The notes under the pieces: generated by a model | Told to the model about the DNA's origin: nothing | The model's database searches: none | The model's input: the letters and a program-made list of their open reading frames with translations, nothing else | Made by a program: the position numbers and the translations under genes | In this document: piece by piece, positions 1 to 14,500 of the stretch | Layout of the letters: every line of letters begins with the position of its first letter | Position numbering within the stretch: the first letter of the stretch is position 1 | Source: Elsinoe ampelina | Taxonomy: Eukaryota | Assembly: GCA_010093995.1 (NCBI GenBank) | Contig: ML992505.1 | Location: forward strand, 1,381,147 to 1,445,146 | DNA: 64,000 nucleotides | Direction of reading: 5' to 3'

Positions 1-1168
1 CAAAACTTTCCTTGGATCCCTGTCTGGGATGATCATGGTGGGTGATACGTGGCGGATCCAGTAGGATGACTTACCTGAGATTCCTCATAGAAGTGGCAAA
101 CGATGCCTATCGAGATGGATCCGGCCGGCAAGCAAATACCTTTGAAGGCTACGTTGGTGCTGGCAACGTCGCCTTCGACCAGCGCAAGATGCACGCCGTT
201 CGAGCTTACTTCGAGTACATGCCCATCCGACAAGTCGACCTCGACGACAACCTCCGCATCTGGCGGTCCTTCTCCCTTGGCAAGCTCGCTGACCTCATCA
301 TGCTCGACACACGAGAATACGACCGCAGCATCACCAACCTGTACGGACCCCTCCTCCCGCCCATGATGAGCCCTACTAACATACTAGGGACACCAACGCC
401 GAGTACATCACCTCCATCTCCAACGACGCCGGGCGCTCCCTCCTCGGCCCCCGCCAAGAAAAATGGTTCTACCGCACCCTCCAGTCCTCCTCCGCCCGCG
501 GCGCCACCTGGCGCATCATCGGCTCCCAAGTCATCTTCAGCCACATCGACCGGGCGGCCCTCGCGACTCTCCGCAACGAAGAGCCCTTCAACCGGGACAG
601 CTGGGATGGGTATCAGGGCAACCGCAACCGCACTTTCCAAACCCTGTACGACAACAACATCTCCGACAACCTCTTCCTCGCGGGGGACAGCCACGCGAAC
701 TGGGTCAGCGACCTCGTGTGGGAGGGCGCGAAGACTTACGATCACGTGACGGGCGAAGGGGCCATTGGCGCCGAGTTCGCGGTCACGGCGGTGTCGAGCG
801 TGAGTAGAGCCGGGCAGAACGTGAGTGTGGCTGAAGCGAGGAGGGTGAGTGACAGTGTCGTGGGGAATAATTCCGAGGTACAGTGGAATGAATTCTGGTA
901 TAGGGGGTATATGGAGTTGAGGTTGGGGAGGGAGGAGGCGGAGGCGAAGTATTTTGGGATTCCGGATGTGAAGAGGAGGAGTGGGTTGGAGGTTAGTTTG
1001 GCGAACTTTACCGTCAGGAAGGGGGAGGGGAGGTTGAGTAGGCCTGTTGGAGGGGGCGTGGTTGAGGCTGGAACGTTGAAGGGGGGAGAGACGAGGACGA
1101 GGAATAGGACGGTGGATACAGGGTCAGGCGGAATTGGGAATGGGACGGCGGTGAGGTTTAGAGGATGA
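1..1168 (+). CDS. PhoD-family alkaline phosphatase, 3' part (start lies before the window)
   Basis: Spliced reading gives WIPVWDDHEVANDAY, RAYFEYMPIR, LIMLDTR, DSWDGY, LAGDSHANWV and AEFAVTAVSS, the PhoD motifs. Introns at 38-90 and 341-387 (GT..CTAAC..AG). Confidence 0.9.
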
Positions 1169-1516
1169 TAGATGATCGACTCGTATTTGTGCAAGACGAT
1201 TCATTTGAAGCGTAAAGTATACCATGAGCTGTAGCCCGGTCCTGGTGTTGGTGAAGCAGAGCCGCACTTTTTTGTTCCGAAAGGAGCAACAAATGACCGG
1301 AGCTGCAAAAGTCTCCGGATGGAACAACTCAAAGCTTCAATGTCGCCGCAACAGAAACCCTATTTGCCATCTTTCATCAAACCAACATCAATGATCTCAC
1401 CACAAAGGTTTGTGCCTGTGCGTGTATAAGTATCGCGTCCTGCCCGTCTCATCACGTTCCCAAGAGGCACCAATCCTATCATCACTCACTATCAGCATCA
1501 CTTCCTATCCGCCAGC

Positions 1517-2549
1517 ATGGAATATCCATCATCAATCGTCAAGACCTTCCAAGTTCCACGAGGATACAAGTATGCATTCGTGCACATCGCTTCGAAAGAC
1601 TCCAAGCCAACCCTGCTGTTCCTACCGGGCTTCCCCGAGGCAGCTTTTGACTGGCACCACCAAGTCGATTACTTCAAAGCCAGAGGGTATGGTCTGATAG
1701 TCCCAGATCTGCTTGGCTATGGCAATACAGACAAGCCAAAAGACTATCGCGAGTATCGCATGAAGAGCATCGCTGGAGATGTCGTCTCCATCCTAGACCA
1801 TTTGCAGCTTCGGGAGGTGGTCGGTATCGGTCATGATTGGTCAGTATCAGTGCAAAATAAACAACCAATACATCCTGACTTGTGTATCAAGGGGTGCTGG
1901 AGTTTTGGCGGCACTGTCTGCCTATTTCCCGGACCGTTTCCTCGCCTATGCATTCACCGCTGTAGGTTACAACCCACCTGGACGCATGCAACCAGACATG
2001 GTCAACCAAATCACGAAGCAGATGCTAGGATACGAAGCTTTTGGATACTTTGCCTTCTTTGGCACTCCGGATGCAGCTCAGTATCTGGATGGGAACCTCG
2101 ACTCGGTAAACTCCATGCTCATGTCCGAGGAAGACCCACAGCATTGGATTAAGAACGTCTGCCCGCCTGGAGCCGCACAGTCATGGTTGGAAGGTCGAAA
2201 AGCACTGCCACTGCCGGGGTGGTTGAAGAAAGAAGACCTGGAGGCCAAGAATCGCATCCTCAGTCAGGGGTTCACTGGACCGTTGAACTACTACCAGCAA
2301 GCTATGGATCCGTTCAATGACGAGGACGCGGCGACCGTGGTGGTGAAGGGTATTCCCGAGAAGCCAGTCTTGTTTGTTGCAGACACGAAGCAAGCAGCGA
2401 TGCCGTCAGAAATGATGGAGCATGGTACACGACAACACTGCAAGAACTTGACAGTGAGGAAGCTCAACACGTCGCACTGGATGATGTTGGAAGACCCTGA
2501 GGCTCTAAACCAGGTGCTCGAGGAGTTCCTCCACGACAATGGCTTTTGA
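1517..2549 (+). CDS. Alpha/beta hydrolase, epoxide-hydrolase-like
   Basis: LFLPGFPE, PDLLGYG, GHDWGAG nucleophile elbow (restored by intron 1840-1891) and C-terminal SHWMMLEDP. Confidence 0.9.
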
Positions 2550-3399
2550 TTGTACAGCTAGTGAATCGTATGAAGATCTCAAGGGGGATCCCCGAAGGCC
2601 ACTGGTGATCCGTCGGTCTCCGACAACCGTTGCATAAACGTACACGAGGAAGGCATTGTCCATCGATCGTGAACAATCACTTGCATGGTTCATGCATGTT
2701 TTGGGGTCAGTCCAACCATGGACGACAAGGCTAATGCTCCGGATAACCCCCATGATCTGTCTGGACGTTTGGTGCGGGGAAACGTGGGGAAGAAACGACA
2801 ATCTCCCCCGCATGCTCGTCTCATTCCTCCGGACAGCCTCAGGAACGCCTTCGTCTCCCGACTCCTTCATGGCCTCACCGATCGTGCGGGTCAGTGAGCT
2901 CGAATTGTCTCACCTCCTCCCCGATGAGTCTTGTCCTTGAACAGACCTTGTCGAGCTTCCAATCGTTCGCTTCCCCATCAGCCACGACCAGTCTGTGACT
3001 GTCATGTCTCTCCGTCTTGTTAATCAACCCTGAACTGAACGGCTCTGGTCAGCTCTCACTTGCCGATACGCTGGACGCCTTGCAAGCTCGTCAAGCCATC
3101 AACTCAGCCGTTCAGAGCAGCTCGTCCAAGCTCACCCTCCGAACCCTATGAGCTCGATCACGCGTCGCCGTGGTCCAGATCTGACGGTCGTTCAAGGTCA
3201 TCAATCCATCTACCGAGCTCGACCACGCGAGACGTGGCTTGCTGGGGTTTCTCCGACTGCACTTTGTGTTTAGCTCCGTGCAGCGAGCTCGACTGCGCGA
3301 TTCAGTGATATAGAGCTCGTGGCCGGCGATCTTTCTAACTCGATCTCATTTCTCTTTCCTCACTTTTGCTCTCCATCCGTGAAGGTCACATTCGCAATC

Positions 3400-5295
3400 A
3401 TGGGTCTAGGTGTGCTTGAAGGTCAGTGACGACTACAGCTCAAGTTAGCTGCACGGAGCTGACAATGCGCCAGATCATAAGCTCGCCCATGTGCCAGGCA
3501 CAGTCCTGCTCAACGACGAGGGTACACAGAGTGAAGACATTACCGCCGAGCTCAAGCATGGCACTGGCAAGAATGCACATATCGTGCTTAATCCTCAGCC
3601 CAGCGAGGATCCCAATGATCCCCTCAACTGGCCGCTATGGAAGAAGGAGATCATCATCCTGATCCTCTGTCTGGGAAGCATGCTGAACGCCGGTGTCAAC
3701 GTGAGTATCCCACCATCTCCCACCATACCATACTCAGACCTCACAGGGGCCCCTCCTTAACGCCTCCTACTTCTCCATCGCTCAACAGATCAACACCGAC
3801 CTCACCACCGTCGTGCTCGTCTCCGGCTACAACCTCCTCATTGCCGGTGCCTCAGGCCCCTTCATCTGCGCCTTCTCCCGCAAATACGGCAAACGTCCCG
3901 TCTACCTCGCCAGCACCCTCTTCTGCATCATCGGCACCGCCATCGGCCAAGCCCGCATTTCCTACAACTACCTCCTCGCCGCGCGCATCGTCCAAGGCCT
4001 CTCCACCTCGGCCTTCGAGTCCCTCGTCGTCGCCACCGTAGGCGACATGTACTTTGTCCACCAACGCGGCGCCCGCATCTCTGCCATCAACTTCATCCTC
4101 AACGCCGCCTCCTCCCTCGCCAGCATCATCTGCGGCATCGTCTTCGCCGACCTCGGCTGGCTCTGGCTCTTCCACATGTTCCAGATTTTTCTCGTCGCGC
4201 AATTCGTGCTCATGTTCCTCTTCTGCCCTGAAACCACCTACCTGCGGGACACGAAATACGATCTCGACACGGCGCAGGACGAGAAGTTGACCGAGTTGGT
4301 CCACGCAGAGGAAGAGTACAGGGAGAAGCACCAGGGGGTGGAGCGCACCGAGACGTCGGCGACGATACCCAAGAAGACGTTTGTCCAGGAACTGGCGTTG
4401 TACAATGGCAAGTTCCACAATGATTGGATCTTCAAGGACTTGTTCGGGCCGTTTATCACGCTGCTCAACCCCGCGGCGGCGTACGCGGTGCTGTGCTCCG
4501 GTATCCTCAACGCTTGGTACGTCGGCTCGGCTATCATCATCGCCGGCATCTTCGCCGGTCCACCCTGGGCGTTCGGCCCTGCGCAGATCGGGTATATCGG
4601 CGCGGGACCCTTCATCGGAGGTCTGGTTGGGTCGTTGGTCACGTTGTTCGCCGGAGACCCAGTCATCAAGTGGCTCGGCAAGCGGAACAAGGGCGTATAG
4701 TACGTCTCCCCCCCCTTCCCCCTGCCTGGATAGACCCATACTGACTTTTCCTCCAGCGAACCCGAATTCCGCCTCGTCTTCATGGGCCTCGCCGCTTTCG
4801 GGTGCGGCATCGGCATGTTCCTCTTCGGGTACACAATGTCCATCGGGGCGCGGGCCGAGCTGTGCGCTTTCTTCCAAGGCGTCCAGATGTTTGGCGTCCT
4901 CATCGGGATCTGGTCCACCATCTCGTACGGGCTCGATGCGTTCCGCAATTTGAGCAGTGAGATGTTTATCATGAATATGTTGTTCAAGGTACGTACTCTC
5001 GGCATGTTTTCTCCTGGAGTGGCCGACACGAGGGGTGGGGGGGAGGTTTGGAGACGAGGCTAATGGTTTGCAGAATTTCATGTTCTATGCCCTGAGCGAC
5101 TTTGCGAATAACTGGGTCGCGGCGAATGGGCCGGCGCAGATCATGTATGTCTTTGGTGGGACGTCGTTGTTTCTTTGCGCGTTGGCGGTGCCGATGTACA
5201 TGTATGGGAAGAGGTTGAGGAGTTGGTGGGCGAGGCATGATCTGTTTGTTTTGCTCAAGATGCAGAAGTCGGGGCCGACGCAGGAGTTGGGTTGA
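3400..5295 (+). CDS. MFS transporter
   Basis: MGLGVLED..HVPGTV, PQPSEDPNDPLNWP, KYGKRPVYL, GDMYFVHQRG, PETTY, PEFRL and many hydrophobic helices. Introns at about 3422-3473, 3701-3746, 4701-4756 and 4989-5073. Confidence 0.92.
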
Positions 5296-5416
5296 AAAGA
5301 GAAGGGTGGCGAAGAGGGTTTGGGAAAGGCGTGGTAGTAATAAGATCTTTCTGCTCTGCTTCGCTTGTGCCATGTCTGCGAGTGAAAGGTAGGACGATGA
5401 AGTTGAACGTGTTGGA

Positions 5417-7607
5417 CTATCGCGCAGTGCCTGGCGCAATCCAACCTCTCTCAGCGTAGAGCCTTTCCTGTTCCCCCCACCCCTCGTCAACCCTTTGCTC
5501 CATCGCGCTCGCCCGCTTCGCTTCTCCCCTTGCCGTATCATCCCCCCGCTCTTCCCCATCCATATAACCACAAGGCATGACCCACCTCTCCCCCCTCTCC
5601 CTCGTAGTCGGCACCTCGCCCTTCCCCTCCCACTCCCCCGTCACCCTCCCCTCACAAGCCCCCCTCATCAACCACCACAAGCCCAAATCCCGCCACTCCT
5701 CCTGCCTATACAACGCCGTCCCCATCTTCCTCTCCACCCAATGCGTACCCCCCTCCACCACCAGACTGAGCAGTACCACCAGCCCTCCAACGCCGAGCAC
5801 GATTGCCAACCCAAGCACAGAAAAGCTGCTAAACGCCTCACTGCTCACCACTTGAGCACCGCACATCCACTCCTCCTCAGCAGAGGGTTTACTCCTCGCC
5901 ACGCTTCCCGCCCCCGCCACGTCGCCCGCGAAGAGATAAGAAGCGGCTTGCAGCTGGATCATCCCCACCGAGAACAGATGAGACAATTCCTTGATCCACT
6001 GGTCCGCTGGCAGGCCCATGGATGACTGCACGCGAGACAAGCGGGAAGCGAGGAGGGCATCGGCGCCGCGATTGCGGAGGGGGTCGAAGAGGTCGGTGTC
6101 GGTTGCGGCGCGGGCGAGGCGGGTTGCGATGGAGCGTTGGACGGGGGAGGTGAAAGGCAGGGAGGCGTTGGTCGGGATGGAAGGGGTGCGGCCTGGGTCT
6201 GGGAAGAGGGGGGTGCAGGTTGGTGGGTTGGTGGGGAGGCAGAGGAGGCGAGTGGTGGTGTAGGCGAGGACGGAGAGGGGGAAGGTGGGGAGGTACATGC
6301 CTTCTACTGGGGCGGGTTGAGTGGCGGTGAACCAGGGGGAGTGGACAGGGTTGGAGTAGATGTTGCGATTGGCGAGGATGAGGAGGTTGAGGGTGGAATT
6401 GGGGTGGTGGAGGGAGGGGATAGGGCTGAAAGATCGGACGTCGGGGGTGGCGTCGAATGTGGCGGATTCGATGCTGGAGAGGTTAGGAAGCTGGTGGGAG
6501 ACGAAGGAGGGTAACCTACTCGATCTTGTAGCCTGTTCCCCAAAGGGTCGAGGAGGCACCGACAGTGCTGTCAAAGTCGACGAGGCTGATTTGTTGGCTA
6601 CCGAGAGTGGTGTTGGCGGAGCTGTCTTTCCAGTTCACGAACTGTGGAATAGCGTAAGTGCTGTTCATGGGGATCAATGTGGATGGACCGAGATTGACGC
6701 TGGAAAAATACCAATCGTTCATGTAGCCGATCTTCTTCGCGTCGGCAGTAGACAGTCTTATTGAGCTGAGAGTGCCCTCGTCGAGGCGAGATGTGATGTT
6801 CAGAGCGGAGCATGTACTCTCAATCTCGAGGTAAGCAGTGTGCTCCGACTCACTGTTGATGCCCATATGATGAACCGAGTCGATGCGGCCGGATGTGAGC
6901 TTGACGGTGTCTGCACCATCGCACAATTCTGCTCCGAATGGACAATCAACGCCAGTGGTCAATTTCCACGGTACCAGATTCCGACCGAAGACTGGACAAG
7001 CGGTGGATCGAACTGGCTCGGACCCGATGTAGCACTGCTCTGACAATGCATATGCCTGAGATTCGATAGACCGGTACGCTGAGAACATGTGCAGTCTTTG
7101 GGCCATACTAGGTGTACCTAGATCCTTTGCAGCAAAAAAGTCCATATAGCCGCAGGCTGTGCCGCTTCGAGTCAGTAGGACCTCGGAGCCGGGTCGAGCG
7201 TTGGTGACGCGAGAGACAAATACGCCGGCCGCGGCAAAAGCAATGTAGTTGATAATGGCGGGGATGGATACGCGGGATGTTCTGCGGATGACCGAGTCGA
7301 CTTTCTTTCTCCAGGCCAGCCAAAGATCGAAGAGGACGATCAAAATTTGCGAATTACCTTCGATGTTTCTCAGGGCAGCCTGTTGTTGATGGTAAAGTCC
7401 GTCCTCTGGCTGCGGCGATGAAGACTGACGGAAAATGATGAAGCGTATGACATCCCACATGCGACCACCGACAATGCGGACGAAGATGGCAAGAGCGGCG
7501 ACAATGTAGGCACCAGTCTGGTAGTCGACGGTCAAGGTCCTACCAATTACAGGGCCAGCCTCCCAATTTGTCCAGAGACCAGTGTAGACGGATCCAGTTG
7601 AAGCCAT
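5417..7607 (-). CDS. Conserved fungal hypothetical membrane protein
   Basis: Two long ORFs joined by intron 6474-6519 (GTAGGT..CTAAC..CAG). N-terminal YTGLWTNW..GRTLT and DGLYHQQQAALRN, C-terminal C..Q..S...SFSVLGL TM segment. No catalytic motif recognised. Confidence 0.75.
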
Positions 7608-8809
7608 TGCTCCGATATCAAATGAGCTTTGAAGCAGCTTGAGCTTGATGATGACAACCGGGCCGCGTGTTCATGAAATGACGAGTATAGATCGGTCCGG
7701 AGGGGAGGGGATGCCATCTTGAAATACTGTGTGTGAGATGCGCAGCAACACCACCATTCCATGAGGGTTGTAGGTGGCTGCTGAGCCCAGCATGCAATGG
7801 CACAGCTGTATTAGGAGATGCAGTTATACCAAGAGCTTCTCCATCGCATTACCGGTGTAAGCGACGGCAGCTTACCTTATCTGGATGAGTAGTCACACAA
7901 TGACACTGGATGAGCGCGGTGAGAAGGGCTGCTCATCCTGCGTTGTGATTGACCCCTAAATTAGCGTATGCAGACGCGACGTTTGCGCGAGGTCACATTC
8001 TCGCTCGTATAGCAAGCTAAGCAAGGTCGGATTCGCCGAACGCCACCGTCTTGGATGCAGCATGGGCTCCAATGTGTCATGGTAGACTTCAGAGTGCGGA
8101 TTAAAGCAGGGAGGCGTGTAGGAGCCTATTCGTAGATATCGACATTTTTCGATGATGAAATGGTGAAAAAGTAAAACGGCTTGACGGGAGAAGTTCATGG
8201 CCGGCAAATCACGTCGGGGGCTTGCCCGACTTTGGGAATTTCTTCGGGGAATTTCTTCTTCGGGGGCTTGTCAGCACCTTTTTCCGTCTTAACAAAAAGC
8301 TTGACAAAAGAAACCTTCAGCGCAAACAGCACTGCCACGGCATCCGAGTTACCAGGTAGTAACGTTACCCGCAGGAGTGACTTGTGTTTCTTCGGTGAGA
8401 CAACGACATCATAGTCAACAATGACATGCCTCATCTATCCGGGCCCTGCTCCGGTGGGTAAATTTAGGTCTGAGATCTACAGTTCGGCGTCGATCACACA
8501 AAGTCTGTATCTCGTGTCCGAGAAACAATCCCTTTCACACGAGCACTCAAAACCCTTTCCCGCCCATCAAAGAAACCTTCTTACGGGATCGACCGCCCCG
8601 ATCCCTGTAATTGCAATGCTACCACTGGCTAACAGGTCGCCGCCCAGGCATGATCGTCGCGCTAGGACATTGATAATGCGACTCGTTGAGACAAGCGAGA
8701 TACGACATCCGAATGACCTCGCCTCAGCTTCTCATGTGAAGAATAAAAGGATGCCAGTGGGTACCTGATGCTGCATTTCGACACTCATACAGTTCAGTAC
8801 CACAACAGA

Positions 8810-10529
8810 ATGCATCCTTTCCTTCTCTCGACGTTATTGTTGCTCGCACCTTCGGCTGCAGAGTACGTCTGGCCATCATGGACCGATTCAATGGAGGATC
8901 TGCTGTACCTTCAAAGCGGCTACATCAGGAATGGTGCTCTATCAGATCGCAAGTCTCCGCCATGGTCATTTGTCCAACAGACTACTGACCATCACACAGA
9001 AGTCGTGACCTGCGCTTTCGGTGGCAATCAGCCCGGTATCCAGAAATCCGCCGAATGGCTTCGTACAGCTTTCCATGACGCAGCAACACATGATGCCTCG
9101 ACCAAGACTGGAGGTCTTGATGGCTCCATACAATACGAGCTGGATCGCAGCGAAAATCTGGGCAGTGCCTTGAACAGTACTCTCGCCGACATCTCCAGCT
9201 CCATCAACATCTATAGCTCTGCGGCGGATCTACTAGCCCTTGCCATGGTCATGGCGGTCGCACGCTGCGGTGATCTCCATGTCCCTCTACGGCTCGGTCG
9301 GAAAGACGCCACCGAAGCTGGGATTATGGGTGTCCCCGAGGCTCACACAGATCTCGAAACTACCAGGAGGCGTTTCGAGATCTCAGGCTTCAACACAAGT
9401 AAGTCCTCGTGGTAGCTTCACCACTCGAGTCATCTGACCAGTCATAGCCGAAATGATCACACTGGTAGCCTGCGGACACACAATTGGAGGTGTGCATTCA
9501 GTCGATCACCCCGAAATTGTCATCAATGGTCCTGCCGATCCGGCCAATGTTGCTCGCTTCGACAATACTACTGGCACCTACGACAACAGAGTCGTCACCG
9601 AGTACCTCGACAATACAAGCCAAAACCCTCTTCTACGCAATACGAACGATACCTTGAATTCCGACAAGCGCATCTTCTCGGCCGACGGTAATCAGACCAT
9701 GAGTCGACTCGCCGACCCGACCGTCTTCAAGGCACAATGCGAGTCACTCCTGGAGCGTATGATCAATCTCGTGCCTGGCGACGTTACCCTTACCGAGCCT
9801 CATCAGCCCGCTGATATTCGTCCATACATTCAAACCTATCTCGTAAAAGGGAACGGCAGTCTCGAGCTTGCCGGTCGTGTGAGGGTCCGCACCTCCGATG
9901 TCACTGGTCGCAACACGTCAGATCTGACAGTCGCTCTCCTCCCAACTGATCGTGCTGGCGCAGCTCTCCCCGAAATCCCGGCAAATATTGCCACCTTCCG
10001 ATCCGGAATCAGTTCCGGCTACCTTCGAGAACGCTTTCAGTGGTACGAGTTCAACACGACCATCCCCGCCACAACCGCTATTCAGTCTTTCAACATACGC
10101 TTGACTACATTGTCGACAGGTAACGCCATCGTCTATGACAATGCCGGCACAGGTGGGTACCCTGTCAACCCCGACATCCTCTTCCTCCGGCCGCAGTCAT
10201 GCACCTCCTTCGACACTGCCACGAACACCGGAACCATGACCATCAACGTCGCCATCTCCAAGTCGCTGCTATCTCAGACTGCTACGCCGCCGCAGATTAG
10301 AATCGTTCAGAAGACACCTCAGCCTAGGAACTTTATCCCTAAGCTGACGGACGAAGTCGTCCCACTGGAGAAGACGGGCAGGGAGACAGCTCAGTACACT
10401 TTCTATCAAGCAAAGCCTGTCGTCGGCAGCAGTGGCTTGTCGACCTCGTTCGATGTCGAGGTTGGTGATAGCAAGCTGGAGTTTCAGGAGACGGGTGACA
10501 TGACAGGCAGATCTTGTGCCTTGTTTTAG
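8810..10529 (+). CDS. Secreted heme peroxidase (plant/fungal peroxidase superfamily, ascorbate-peroxidase-like fungal subfamily)
   Basis: Signal peptide, distal AEWLRTAFHDA, GGLDGSI, RLGRKDA, proximal LVACGHTIGGVH. Introns at 8949-8999 (GC-AG) and 9399-9447. Confidence 0.88.
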
Positions 10530-11364
10530 TGGGACAGAGCCTCCTAGATTCTGCTTTTTCTTCATATAACGTCATCCACCGGGAGTTCGCGCACCCCTGA
10601 AGTTCGCGCACGGCCCTATATATTTAACGCGTAATCTTCGTGACTATCCTTCCTTCTTACGTGACAAACATCATTTTAAGCTATTTCTTTATGTATACTG
10701 AAGCTGATATTTAGGCGGCTATCTACGCCTATCGATACGATAAATATAACTTAATTCGAAAGGCTACTAACGCGTTTAATATTCTAGCCTCTACGCTTTA
10801 AGATCGATTATAAGGACGATAATCCTATACCGACTCGTACGTATAAGGCTAATTACTTACTCCGGCTAAAGAATAGATGCTTATAGCCTACGTAATATAG
10901 CTCGATAACCTCGGAATACCTATAATACCTATGTTAATCTATTAATTAGTAATTAAGATTATTTATTACTAAGCATATCTATCTAACAATAACCTTCCTA
11001 CGTCGTTAACGTAGCCTATCGGTAAGAACTAGCTATTATAACTAACATTGTATATCTACGAGTTATATATGTCTATAAGTTATATACGCCCCTATATATC
11101 TAACGCGTAACCTTTATAACTATTCTTTCTTCCTACGTAATAAACATTATAATTCGAGCTATTCTATTATATATTCTAAAGCTAATATCGAGGCTACCTT
11201 CCGAGGCTATTAGAACAATACTTATACCTCTCTTTAAGCTACTACTAATACGTTTTAAATTCTACTATCTATACTTTAAGATAGATATTATAGCTAACAA
11301 TTACGTACTATATATAACCTACTAAAGTAATTACTATCTCCGGCCGAAGAATAGACACTTATAG

Positions 11365-11562
11365 TATAAGGACTAATATAGTAAGTACGCTATACTAGCT
11401 TACTCTAGAGATACTATTCTCTATAGGAGGATAAAATACTTCTCGCCTATAGAATAGATAGAGTAGAGATTAGTCTTATAACAATCGAGGGTACACTAGT
11501 ATAACACCTATTCTACTTCTATATACTTGTCTTCCTAGCTCTAATATTCTACCTTCGTTATA
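11365..11562 (+). repeat. 5' LTR
   Basis: Direct repeat of 24219-24416, differing by transitions; TA..TA ends consistent with RIP-mutated TG..CA. Confidence 0.95.
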
Positions 11563-14500
11563 ATTCTAATCTCTCTTATATCCTATTAGATAGAGCTATA
11601 TAGATAAGATAGTACTCTATACTTAGCGCTAGCGAAACGACTAACTACCGCTAGAGTAGTACTAGTATAGATAACTCTCTAATAGCTTAGCTATTAGCGA
11701 GATATTTACTAAATTAGCTATAACTCTAGAGATAACTCCTATTAAAGATTACTAGGCTAGGGAAGGCCTAGCGCTAAGACTATACTACGCTAATATAGCT
11801 CCTATAGGAAGTATAGCCGATATAGGAAATAATACTATATATAAAGCGCTTCTTACTTATATTACTTAGCTCGAGAATATACTTAGTAGTTACTCCCTAG
11901 TCATAGCGCTAGTACTACGTAGTTATTTTAATAATGTACAACCTAACAATATCTGCCTAATAAACCTATAAATCGTAAGAGAGTATATACTAAACTTATA
12001 CTACCCTAAGGCCTTAGAGTCTACTATTATAGTAAGAGTTAAGGAATTTATATATATATATAATAACGTCTTTAAGATAGCGCCGAATATCTACTTTAAA
12101 GAAGTTACTTAGTACTATATAGCTACTAGCTACTTAAAAGGTTAGCTTAGCTATAATTAGAACTTATATACTAAGAGCGCTAGCGTTATACCCTTATAGA
12201 GCCTAATATAGTCCTAGCTTTAGGACTAAGCCTAGAGTTCTAAAAACTATAGTAATAGCTACGTAGTAAAGTTCTTTACGTTATACTAGTATAGAGAATA
12301 GTTAATTACTAATTTCTATATATTCCTCGATAGTTACGAGTTCTATATTAAAATAGCGCTACTCCTAGACGATGTCTACTATATATAGCTTATTACCTAT
12401 ACTACGCCGGAGCTACGCTTAGAAGTACTCTATTAGGGGAATCTACCTCTAATTAAGGTAGAACTTCTAGTATATCTATCCCGTTTAGAGTAGAACCTAC
12501 TAGGCTACTTCGACCCTATATAGAGGTAGTATAAGTATAACGCTAGAGAGAAGACTAATACTTTTACTAAAAGGCCTTACTATAACGAAGACTATAAGGG
12601 CTAAAAGGACTAGTAGAGTAGTACTAACGCTACCCCTATAGCTCCCCGACCTAGCGCTACTTACTCTTATAATATCTATAAGAGCCTAGACTATTAGGCG
12701 CTAAACTATCCCTAGAAGGACTCTTTAAAATAGATAGTGTCCTTACGTTTACTAATCCTAAGTGGCTCTAGTATAATATAGAATATATACTAAATTCGTA
12801 CCGACGTTATAGTTAACCTACCTAAAGGCCCTATCGAAGAGGTAGCTCTAATAGATAGTAGCGCCGATAGTAACTTTATTAGCTAGTATTTTGCTATATA
12901 CTATTATATCGCCGTCGACCCCTTAGTAGTATACTAAGTACGTAGCTTAGATAAACACGAATTAACTACCTACGGATATACTAAGTTAGCCTTTACTATT
13001 AAGAATAGTAAAGGAATAACGTAGGCGTTGCGCTAGTAGTTTAAAAGCGTTAATATAACTAGTTATAATCTTATATTAGGCCTACTATAGCTATTGTCCT
13101 ATAACTCTAAGATTTAGTAGAGCGCTAGTACGTAGAGGCATTATACTAGCGCTATATAGGTATTAATCCTAGATATACTCTCCTTCTTCTAGGAGCTAAA
13201 TTAGCCTAACGCCTAGCTCTATCTAGTATATATACGCCGGGACGAATCTAGCGCCCCGACTCTACTATACTAGCTTAATAACTACATAGATGTTTTTAAT
13301 AAGAGTATAGTAATAGCGCTACTAAGTAACAATTTTACTTACTCTATCGATATTAAAGAGAGGAAATAGCTACTCTAGGGACCTATCTACCCCCTTAGTA
13401 AGAAGGAGCTTTAGGTACTTCGAGAGTATATAGATAATAGCTTAGCGACAGGTCGACTCTAGTATAGTACTAGCCCTACGGGGTCTTCTATTCTATTCGT
13501 TCCTAAGAAGGATAGTTTACTATACCTATATATTAACTATTATAGGCTAAATAATATTACTATTAAGAACTATTACTCCTTACCTCTAATTACCGAGATA
13601 CTTAATTATATCAAGAGTATATACTTATTTAGTAAGCTAGACCTTATAGATGCCTACTATAGGGTATATATCTAGTATAGCGATAAATAGAAGATAGTAT
13701 TCCGCTATTACTATAGCTACTTTAAATATACTATTATATCTTTTAGCCTTACTAACGCTCTAGCTACGTTCTAGGCTTATATATATTAGTGCTTAAGTAG
13801 CTTAGTAGACTACTACTATATTATATACCTAGACGATATTCTAATCTACGCTAGCGACGAGTAAGAGTATCGCTAGGCTATTAGAAGCGTACTAGACTAC
13901 CTACGTAAGAATAGCCTCTATATAAAACTAAAGAAGTATATCTTCGAGGTAATATAGGTAGTATTCCTAGGCTACGTCGTTAGTAGTAATAGCGTCGCGA
14001 TAGAGTAGCTCTAGGTATAAGCCGTCGCTAACTAGCCTACCTCTACTAGCCTTAAGGAGTTATAAACCTTTCTTAGATTTACTAATTTCTACTATTAATT
14101 TATTAAGAGCTTCTCCTATATAGCGCTACTACTAACTATACTTACGTAAGAGTTAGTCTAAGGAAAGTAAGTAGGCTTATTTCTATAGAGCAATAATGTA
14201 GCGTAGGCCTTTAATAGGCTTAAAGCTACCTTTATATAAGTGCCTATACTACGCTACTTTTTATTAGGTAAGCCTCTTTAGCTCGAGACTAACGCTTTAG
14301 ATTTTATACTCTCTAGAGTAATCTTCTAGTAAAATAAAGACGATACCTCTATATAATACTAGTACTCTATAGTATTCTAGTCCTAGAAGCTATAAGGTAT
14401 AGAACTAAACTATACTACCTACGATAAAGAGCTTCTTACTATTATAGAAGTAGTATAGTACTAGCGCTAGTACCTACTTAGCGCTACTACTTTAATTAAA

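Noticed and set aside
3852..5081. Long antisense ORFs over the MFS gene, and similar ones over PhoD, VPS41, EXO1 and 52369-53888
   Set aside because: Shadow frames caused by codon bias or low complexity; the opposite strand carries the recognisable protein.
5417..7607. Cytochrome P450 label for this gene
   Set aside because: No heme-binding FxxGxxxCxG motif is present.
7956..8768. Short ORFs between the hypothetical gene and the peroxidase
   Set aside because: No motifs or convincing splice structure; treated as a divergent promoter region.
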